A program made the translations under genes and the position numbers. A stretch of DNA of 64,000 nucleotides, from IMG/VR virus record IMGVR_UViG_3300002835_000068, positions 39,273-103,272 of that record; one strand, given 5' to 3'. Origin of the DNA: a virus. Below, piece after piece: positions 57,894-64,000 of this stretch (the first letter of the stretch is position 1; every line of letters starts with the position of its first letter). The notes below the pieces were generated by a model. The model ran no database searches. It saw only the letters and a list, made by a program, of their open reading frames with translations, and had not been told where the DNA came from.

Positions 57894-57915
57894 AATTATA
57901 TTGTAGCATAGGAAA

Positions 57916-58030
57916 TGAGCAGTTTATAGACGACTGCTCAGGTCTATTAGCCACGAAGATTCAACTCCTGCTAACTCTCCACTCATAGGAGCATCCGTTG
58001 TAAAACCTTTTAAAGTCTTATATCGGAATG
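57916..58030 (-). ncRNA. Candidate ~115-nt multi-stem/pseudoknot RNA with its own -10
   Basis: TATAAT at 58042-58037; stems CAU(U)CCG/CGGAUG, GCUCCU/AGGAGU, UGAGCAGU/ACUGCUCA. Confidence 0.45.
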
Positions 58031-58042
58031 TTATCTATTATA

Positions 58043-58459
58043 CTACTTAATTTTAATAGATTTAGGCTTCTTTTCTTCAGGAACGATACGAACCACATTG
58101 ACATGTAGCATGCCGTCCTTAAGTTCTGCAGATGTTACTTCCATATATTCTCCCAGTGCAAAAGATCTTACGAACTTTCTTCCTGCGATACCCTTGTGGA
58201 CTATCTCTGCATCTGTGACTTCAACAATGTCACCCTTAATAATGAGTGTTCCATTGTCTACGGATACATCAATATCTTCCTTAGAAAACCCAGCGACAGC
58301 AAGTGAAATCTTATATGTATCTTCATCTAGTTTGATAAGATCATACGGAGGATATGATTGTGAGTTTGTTTTATGTGCAGTGTTTAGGCGATTTAACTCT
58401 CTGTTAAAGCCAATAAAAAAAGGATCATTGAACAGATCCATAGCGTACTTTGTTACCAT
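58043..58459 (-). CDS. hsp20: Small heat shock protein (Hsp20/IbpA-like)
   Basis: YPPYD, LAVAGF, HKGIAGRKFVRSF, A.LKDGML, PEEKKP. Confidence 0.95.
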   Translation of the reverse strand: MVTKYAMDLFNDPFFIGFNRELNRLNTAHKTNSQSYPPYDLIKLDEDTYKISLAVAGFSKEDIDVSVDNGTLIIKGDIVEVTDAEIVHKGIAGRKFVRSFALGEYMEVTSAELKDGMLHVNVVRIVPEEKKPKSIKIK

Positions 58460-58524
58460 GTTATTCCCCTTTCAAGCGAATAAGTTAATTACCCCCCATT
58501 TGGGCAGGTAAATATATTATATCA
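58457..58524 (-). promoter_or_regulatory. hsp20 promoter and two-hairpin 5' UTR, ROSE-like thermometer
   Basis: TGATATAAT; UUAUUCGCUU-GAA-AGGGGAAUAA masks the SD with a G.G mismatch. Confidence 0.6.
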
Positions 58525-58529
58525 TAAAG

Positions 58530-58602
58530 TACCCCTGGCAAGAATCGAACTTGCGACGCATGGCTTAGAAGTCCATCGTTCTGTCCACTGAACTACAGAG
58601 GT
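58530..58602 (-). tRNA. tRNA-Arg(TCT)
   Basis: ACCTCTG/CAGGGGT; loop CTTCTAA; TTCGATT. Confidence 0.9.
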
Positions 58603-58606
58603 AAAG

Positions 58607-58679
58607 CATCTCCAACGGAATTCGAATCCGTGTTGCTGCCGTGAAAGGGCAGAGTCCTGGGCCACTAGACGATGGAGAC
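58607..58679 (-). tRNA. tRNA-Glu(TTC)
   Basis: GTCTCCA/TGGAGAT; CTGCC-CTTTCAC-GGCAG; TTCGAAT. Confidence 0.92.
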
Positions 58680-58680
58680 T

Positions 58681-58754
58681 TGGAGCGGATGATGAGAATC
58701 GAACTCACCCCTTCTGCTTGGAAGGCAGAGGCACTACCAATATGCAACATCCGC
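58681..58754 (-). tRNA. tRNA-Gly(TCC), CCA encoded
   Basis: GCGGATG/CATCCGC-TCCA; TCTGC-CTTCCAA-GCAGA. Confidence 0.95.
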
Positions 58755-58758
58755 ATCG

Positions 58759-58832
58759 TACATCTGGAAGGACTTGAACCTTCGGCTCTCTGCATATAAG
58801 GCAGGTACTCTAACCAACTGAGTTACAGATGT
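58759..58832 (-). tRNA. tRNA-Ile(TAT)
   Basis: ACATCTG/CAGATGT-A; CTGC-CTTATAT-GCAG; TTCAAGT. Confidence 0.85.
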
Positions 58833-58867
58833 AAACCTTTTATATCCCGCAGGATTTTAGGAAATAT

Positions 58868-59644
58868 TTAGTAGGTTCGTTTCCAAACCAACTTCTTTCC
58901 AGACTTAACGCATGTGAACTTTGCTCCACCATACACCTGCTTTTGTCTTAACTTACTGCATGATTTACCAACAATCGCTTTCTTAATAGCAGCCTCAAGC
59001 GCAATCCTTAATTGCTCTTCTTGCTTAGCCTTTAGTTCTTCGGCAGCCTTGTTCCAAAAAGCAGCAGCAGCATCTCCTGCAGCCTTTGCATCAGCAACAA
59101 TCTTTGCATCAATTGCTGCTTTTGCAGCAGCATCTGCAATTGCTTTTGCCTCTGCCTCTGCCTTGGCTTTTGCCTCTTCAGCAGCCTTAATGACATCAGA
59201 CTGATTAGGTATAAAATTCATTGGATATGACTGATGCAGACTTAACTTTCCAGCAGAGTCAAGAAACTTTACTTGAATTTTTAATGTTAGTGGAAGTTTA
59301 ATTTCTTTTGACTCATATCCATAGATTCTGAACTCTTTGCTTTCTACTACAGAGTATGCTTCTCGCCAAAATGTTAGGTTCATATGTTGATCAAAACTAA
59401 TTTCTTTATTGCTTGCATCGTAGAGGCCTAAATTAATAACGCTAACCTCTCCTACAGGATCGGAGAATCTAATTAAAAACTCATATTCTTTTCTTTCTGA
59501 TATGCCTTGTGCAGAAGGAAGTTCATACTGAGTTGTGGTAATTGGTGTAATAAAGTTAACATACTTTGAAATTTCATTTGCATGTGCTGGAGTAAAACCC
59601 CCAGAAAATACAAGTAGTGATAGTATGAAAGCAATTTTCTTCAT
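58868..59644 (-). CDS. Secreted protein with Ala/Lys coiled coil and C-terminal Cys motif
   Basis: Signal peptide ending AHA; GKSCSKL...FTCVKSGKKLVW; promoter TTGACA-17-TATACT at 59702-59674. Confidence 0.7.
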   Translation of the reverse strand: MKKIAFILSLLVFSGGFTPAHANEISKYVNFITPITTTQYELPSAQGISERKEYEFLIRFSDPVGEVSVINLGLYDASNKEISFDQHMNLTFWREAYSVVESKEFRIYGYESKEIKLPLTLKIQVKFLDSAGKLSLHQSYPMNFIPNQSDVIKAAEEAKAKAEAEAKAIADAAAKAAIDAKIVADAKAAGDAAAAFWNKAAEELKAKQEEQLRIALEAAIKKAIVGKSCSKLRQKQVYGGAKFTCVKSGKKLVWKRTY

Positions 59645-59703
59645 TTTAATCCTTTGTTAGTAGTTATGTTATAAGTATACCGAATTCTGCACGGTATGTC
59701 AAG

Positions 59704-59778
59704 TACACCAGGTAGGACTTGAACCTACGAATAGCCGAATTATGAGTTCGGTGCCTTAACCAACTTGGCTACTGGTGC
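59704..59778 (-). tRNA. tRNA with CAT anticodon, probably Ile2 (lysidine) rather than Met
   Basis: GCACCAG/CTGGTGT-A; CCGAA-CTCATAA-TTCGG; C4-G69 and C5-G68; lacks the initiator GGG/CCC anticodon stem. Confidence 0.8.
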
Positions 59779-59784
59779 TAGACC

Positions 59785-60238
59785 TTATTTAATTAGTAAT
59801 CCAAAAAATGTTCCAATTAAAAAGCATAAAAACCCAACTGTCCAATGGTAGTAGGTTTTCATATGTTCTTTAATTATGTGATGCTTTAAATCATCTGGAA
59901 TTTTTTTTAACTTATCGTAATCAACCATAGCACTTCCTAATCTTTATTTAGTTAAGAGTTTAAAGCAGAAAATATGATTCCTTCTCTAATTGACTTTTGC
60001 TTACGCTCAAACCTTGATAGGTATGGCTTAGCCTGTATTCTTTTTTTGTTTTTGTTTGCTCTTTTGATCTTGTGCTGAGATACTTTGTTGTTAGACTTCT
60101 TCATTACTGCCCCTGACTTTCTGATATATTGTCACATGGACAAATAATTGATTCTGGAAGTTCATGAACCTTTGTAACAATAGTGATCATAGTTTCACAT
60201 TCATTACACTTGTATACTTTTTTAATTCGTTTGCTCAT
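59785..60238 (-). other. Three small ORFs: 60104-60238 (Zn ribbon, leaderless), 59952-60104 (basic), 59785-59928 (C-terminal TM)
   Basis: Manually translated; promoter TTGACT-17-TATCAT, 6 nt, ATG at 60238. Confidence 0.55.
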
Positions 60239-60269
60239 ATACTAATGATACCACTTTCTATTCTGTAAG

Positions 60270-60737
60270 TCAAGACTTATCTCCATCCCACGTACCAATC
60301 TTAGTAGTAGGAATTTGGTTATCTTCCCATAACCTGATAACATTTGGGTTGTCATCTACCGCATGAAGAACTTTCCAATGATTATTAATCTTGTGAAGTA
60401 TATCTCTTTTAACCTCATAGTCTGGTCTGTTGTCTTCGTCTGATCTCATAAATAAAGCATGAGACCTTAGATTATTTTTTGCAAGCCACATAGATGTTAG
60501 CCCACGCCACTTATCTTTACGAGAAGTTACAATAAGAATAGCATGCTGATCTGCAACAGCATTATTTAACATCTCAACTACTTCCAAATTTGGCAGGGCA
60601 TCTATAGAAGCCTCATGAAAGGCATCGTAGTCCCTATTAGAGCCACGAACATGGTGCAGGTAGGGATCTACATTGGCTAGAGTACCATCTACATCAAATA
60701 TGTAGGCGGTTGGCCTGTTATCAATCTTGATTAACAT
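60270..60737 (-). CDS. HAD phosphatase, like the PseT/PNK 3'-phosphatase domain
   Basis: FDVDGTL, VTSR, MR...D.RPD.EVK, VDDNP. Confidence 0.85.
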   Translation of the reverse strand: MLIKIDNRPTAYIFDVDGTLANVDPYLHHVRGSNRDYDAFHEASIDALPNLEVVEMLNNAVADQHAILIVTSRKDKWRGLTSMWLAKNNLRSHALFMRSDEDNRPDYEVKRDILHKINNHWKVLHAVDDNPNVIRLWEDNQIPTTKIGTWDGDKS

Positions 60738-61564
60738 TATAAGTCATAATAAAATAGCAGGCAGCATACCCTAAAATAAATGCTGGAATTAAAAATAGTG
60801 CACTAATCATTCGAAGTCCTCCTGTCTTTCAAACATACTTGTCATATAATTATCTTCTCCTCTTGCAATCTTTGCTGCAAGCATTCTCATACCAATTGCA
60901 TTAGTTACAGACTCTTCAATAGGAAGAGACTCAATAGCCTTTGCAATCTCCTCTCTCAATACCATTTCATCTATACTCATTCTTTATCCTTATCCCAATA
61001 TGCTTTACCAAATTCATCATAATCGTCCCATCCTGAATCAGACATATCAATTTTGATCTGATCCAACTCTTTTTTCCAAGCCTCCATGTCTATGGTGTAA
61101 TAGGTTCCCCACCACTCGTAAGGTTTGTTAAGATACTTCCACATTTTTGCGTGGTATTTATATTGCCACCCATGCTCCTGATGTTCATCCATATTAACAC
61201 ACTTAACTAAATGATTCCCAGCAAACTCTCCAGAAATATTACCGATCCATCGTAATGGAAGTATCTTAGTTCTTTCTGTCTTGGTTGAATGATTTATCAT
61301 CTTTAGGCACCCACACTTTCTTTCCATCTTTCCATACAGGCCAATAGCCAAGGCTACGCCAGTCCATTTGGGCTATCTTAGGCTCTTTCATCCATACTCC
61401 TATCCCATAAAATTAAGCATTTAGTACATTGTATACCATTCTCACGCATATACCAAGTATGACTACACTCTTTTGGCACACCACACCCTGTAATCACTCA
61501 TAGTTTGATGGGTATCCCAGTACTCAATGTTTTCTTTGTTCATCCCGCAGGTTTTGCAGATCAT
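60721..61564 (-). other. Cluster of small hypothetical ORFs (60721-60810, 60807-60980, 60977-61300, 61266-61391, 61463-61564)
   Basis: Manually translated; several with ATGA overlaps. Confidence 0.5.
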
Positions 61565-61672
61565 TGCCTATGCCTCTTCTTGTTGCCAAACTTAGACTTG
61601 ACCTCAGCCTTAGCCTGATTAACTATAGCGTTCGTAATCTCTTCAACACTAAACTCTTGGTCGAAGGTTTGT

Positions 61673-61882
61673 TCAGTATCCACCTAGGCACTCATTTCTT
61701 GTATGGTATAAACGAATTTTTGTCATAATTTTGCGGGAGGGAGCAAACAAGTCTTCCTTACATGTAGAACATCTAAAAGACCATTCACCACTAAAGAAGT
61801 CATACACAGCACCCTTAGCGTTAGCATACTTCTTGGCTACAAAGGTTTGAAATGGATCTGGGATTTCCATGTTAGTAATCAT
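61673..61882 (-). CDS. Small Zn-finger-like protein
   Basis: CSTC...H....C. Confidence 0.6.
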   Translation of the reverse strand: MITNMEIPDPFQTFVAKKYANAKGAVYDFFSGEWSFRCSTCKEDLFAPSRKIMTKIRLYHTRNECLGGY

Positions 61883-62022
61883 AGTTTAGCCACATATTGA
61901 GCAGCCATTTTTAGACCCTTAACAAGGCCATCATGATAGTCTTGGTTCTTAATAACCTTAGTTGTGTCCCAAATACGATAGGATTCCTGGTTTAATAGAT
62001 CAGATATTTCTTGATTGGTCAT
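61879..62022 (-). CDS. Small hypothetical protein, leaderless
   Basis: TTGACA-17-TATTAT, 6 nt, ATG at 62022. Confidence 0.6.
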   Translation of the reverse strand: MTNQEISDLLNQESYRIWDTTKVIKNQDYHDGLVKGLKMAAQYVAKL

Positions 62023-62060
62023 ACTATAATAATACCCTATGTGGGCATGAGTGTCAAGTC

Positions 62061-62186
62061 TTAGGAAACAAGACCCATAGATAGGTGGGTCATACACACA
62101 TCAGCGACTATCCAGTTAGCGTGATTTACGACAATATCGTAATGAGTTGCCTCTTTTTCGCAAAAATAACATTTAGACTTTTCCAT
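62061..62186 (-). CDS. Small Cys/His protein, 41 aa, leaderless (not in ORF track)
   Basis: CYFC...VCMTH; TGATATAAT, 6 nt, ATG. Confidence 0.6.
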   Translation of the reverse strand: MEKSKCYFCEKEATHYDIVVNHANWIVADVCMTHLSMGLVS

Positions 62187-62265
62187 CTAATTATTATATC
62201 ACGTTTAGAGTTCGGCGAAAAATAGAGGTAACAAACCCCCACATGCCCCACAGGGGCAATATTGG

Positions 62266-62481
62266 TTAGAAACCCTTGTCCGCCAATGACTTGTCATGCT
62301 TGATCCTTCGTGCATTCTTTGTCTTCCAAGCAGCATCTCTTTCCTTATTGGCCTTAGCCCAATCTAGTTTTTGTTGCTTTTCAAGAGCACGGTATTCATC
62401 AGAAGGTGGGCATTCATTACACCAATGGTAACTGGTAAAGTAAGGCTCTCCACGCTTATAAGCACAAAGTGAACTTTTCAT
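62266..62481 (-). CDS. Hypothetical protein
   Basis: ATGA-coupled to upstream gene. Confidence 0.55.
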   Translation of the reverse strand: MKSSLCAYKRGEPYFTSYHWCNECPPSDEYRALEKQQKLDWAKANKERDAAWKTKNARRIKHDKSLADKGF

Positions 62482-62711
62482 GACTGCTCCTTAGCGTACA
62501 TAATCTTAAACTCTAACTCATCCCTATTTTCTGCAACTGTTCTGGCAGTCCAATTAATCAAAGATATGGTTCTGGTAATATCATTATGTGATACATCCTC
62601 AGACTTGGCAACCTGAAGATATCTAGTGATATCATTTTTGAGGTTTTCTAGGACAAAGACAAAATCCTCTTCGTATTGGTGCATTTGCTTCTTATTTTTT
62701 TTAGTAATCAT
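62478..62711 (-). CDS. Hypothetical protein, leaderless
   Basis: TTGACA-17-TATGAT, 6 nt, ATG. Confidence 0.65.
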   Translation of the reverse strand: MITKKNKKQMHQYEEDFVFVLENLKNDITRYLQVAKSEDVSHNDITRTISLINWTARTVAENRDELEFKIMYAKEQS

Positions 62712-62759
62712 AAACCAATCATATCAAATTTGCCACGGTATGTCAAGTATAATGAACCT

Positions 62760-63077
62760 ATGGATGAAGCAGTCTTATATATACTATACAGCCCACTACA
62801 TAAGGCTGTCAAGGTAGGTATATCAGATATAAGCGGAAGAAGGTTTGCAAGCCATAGGACCAAGGGTTGGATACTAATTAAGTATTGGCATTTTTTCGAA
62901 CGGGATAAGGCAAGAAAGGTCGAAACCCTAGTACTAAGAACACTAAGGGAAAGATATGGACATTTTCTGGATAAGGCAGATATGCCTCAAAGCGGATACA
63001 CAGAGACCTTTGATGCCTCAAAGATAACTCGTAGGGCCTTGATCCGTATGGTCAATAAAGCAATTAAAGAGGTTTGA
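62760..63077 (+). CDS. GIY-YIG-like (T5orf172-type) nuclease domain protein, leaderless
   Basis: LYIL...KVGIS...RR..SH, E..V, GYTETF; TATAAT, 6 nt, ATG. Confidence 0.7.
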   Translation: MDEAVLYILYSPLHKAVKVGISDISGRRFASHRTKGWILIKYWHFFERDKARKVETLVLRTLRERYGHFLDKADMPQSGYTETFDASKITRRALIRMVNKAIKEV

Positions 63078-63257
63078 TACCCTGGCATTTTGGACACTTG
63101 GATGTAGGGTTTGATACCCCATAAGGTACTTGATACATACCACCACAGTTAAAGCATAGGACATCTAACATTATCCAGTCATCCTTATCTGTTGTAGGTA
63201 GGCCATATAGTTAAGAAATATGAATAGGCCAAGCATGATGATTAGGAAAGGTTTCAT
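63064..63257 (-). other. Two tiny coupled ORFs: 63171-63257 (TM, leaderless) and 63064-63171 (CxxC...CxxC)
   Basis: TGCTATACT, 6 nt, ATG at 63257; TAATG coupling. Confidence 0.5.
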
Positions 63258-63286
63258 ATATCAAGTATAGCATGATGGTTTGATAG

Positions 63287-63340
63287 TTATCCACACCCTG
63301 ATAGGCTAAAAATGTCATAGTTATCCACATGTTATCCACA
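63287..63340 (+). promoter_or_regulatory. Three perfect DnaA boxes TTATCCACA (63287, 63321, 63332)
   Basis: Exact 9-mers, same orientation, in non-coding DNA. Confidence 0.75.
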
Positions 63341-63478
63341 ATTAAATGTTACTGATTATGTTGTTAGACATTCTAGAAGTGGAGTGAAGTGGAGGATAGT
63401 GGGTTAGGGAGCCCTTTTATAGATGGGGTCGTAATCTCTAGCGGCCAAACCTTCATATCTCCAAACCTTTATAGCCGC

Positions 63479-63559
63479 ATTTTACCACAAACCTTTATAT
63501 CTGTCAAACCTTTATATGCATGGTTTGGGCATTATAACCTATAAATTATGGTTTGTCAA
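63479..63559 (-). promoter_or_regulatory. Two tandem near-consensus leftward promoters
   Basis: TTGACA(63559-54)-17-TATAAT(63536-31); TTGACA(63507-02)-17-TAAAAT(63484-79) with extended TG. Confidence 0.75.
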
Positions 63560-63748
63560 GCCCATTTTATGCATAAAAAAATCTCCCAAAATCAGGAGAA
63601 ATTGTCGATAAATCGTAATAAAAATATATAAAGGTTTGATAAATATTTAAAAATCAGGATAAAAGGTTTGTATATGTTTTAGTACTAGTGGTTTGGTATA
63701 TAATCTCTTTATCCCCTGGCAAAAACGGCCAGGTTTGGGGAAAAATTT

Positions 63749-63937
63749 TTAGGCGTTCGTAATCTTATTTTCAGTTTCTTGATCCACCTGAAACTCGGCG
63801 GGAGAGAAAGAGAAGAACCTATTAACTATAGGAACATGCTTAGTGATAGATACAAAACCATTCCACATGTTATCTGAGAATGCTTGATAGCCTTTAGGAT
63901 CTCTTTGTTGATATGCTGCAAAGTGTCTTGGGCTCAT
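63749..63937 (-). CDS. Small hypothetical protein, leaderless
   Basis: TATAAT, 6 nt, ATG at 63937. Confidence 0.55.
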   Translation of the reverse strand: MSPRHFAAYQQRDPKGYQAFSDNMWNGFVSITKHVPIVNRFFSFSPAEFQVDQETENKITNA

Positions 63938-64000
63938 AGATACATTATACACCTGATATTAAGGTTTGACAAATAAAGGTTTGTATGGTATAAGGTTTGG

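Larger units (their letters stand above)
63446..63999. repeat. Dispersed GGTTTG/CAAACC repeat, long form CAAACCTTTATA
   Basis: 13 core copies here plus 3 at 63071, 63108 and 63277; exact 12-mer at 63462, 63488, 63505 and inverted at 63627. Confidence 0.85.

Noticed and set aside
57782-57988. 68-aa plus-strand ORF
   Set aside because: No protein features or SD; antisense to the promoter-linked structured elements
57810-58030. tmRNA, SRP RNA or hammerhead identity for the candidate RNAs
   Set aside because: No tRNA-Ala-like ends or T-loop, no SRP GGAA/AGCAG domain, no CUGAUGA/GAAA core
58565-58795. 76-aa minus-strand ORF
   Set aside because: Overlaps four well-formed tRNA genes
62236-62262. 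TGCCCC-aca-GGGGCA hairpin as a terminator
   Set aside because: Short stem, 3-nt loop and no adjacent U tract; too weak to call
63446-63999. Repeat field as a CRISPR array
   Set aside because: Units are 6-12 bp, irregularly spaced and in both orientations
1-64000. Prophage, diversity-generating retroelement or stop-codon recoding
   Set aside because: No integrase, att site, host flank or reverse transcriptase; genes are intact in the standard code and use all three stops

Overview
A 64-kb segment of a large, AT-rich tailed dsDNA phage, most likely a long-tailed actinophage. WhiB, widespread leaderless genes and host-like secreted proteins point to an actinobacterial host, possibly a freshwater lineage (inference). 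Layout: 1-13.1 kb tail module (tape measure, 5'-truncated, plus minor tail genes). 13.1-29 kb replication, recombination and packaging (DnaB, DnaG, SSB, DnaE, RecA, resolvases, Cas4-like nuclease, TerS/TerL) with an inserted trio of 2OG-Fe(II) oxygenases. 29-57 kb accessory region: surface proteins, proteases, lysis genes, WhiB, an RsmI-like methylase and a large glycan/protein-modification toolkit (prolyl-hydroxylase-like oxygenases, GT60- and GT61-like transferases, carbamoyltransferase, APS kinase-nucleotidyltransferase fusion, sulfotransferases, SGNH-like proteins). 57-64 kb minus-strand arm with Hsp20, five tRNAs and small ORFs; a sixth tRNA lies at 35.3 kb. The best non-coding signals are three perfect DnaA boxes beside a repeat-studded promoter cluster (63.3-64 kb), two promoter-bearing candidate structured RNAs (57.8-58.0 kb), a ROSE-like thermometer on hsp20, a hairpin that embeds a promoter and masks an RBS (32.9 kb), a tRNA-Ile(UAU), and a -10 + 6 nt + ATG leaderless architecture. 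All protein family calls come from motif recognition by eye, not database searches.
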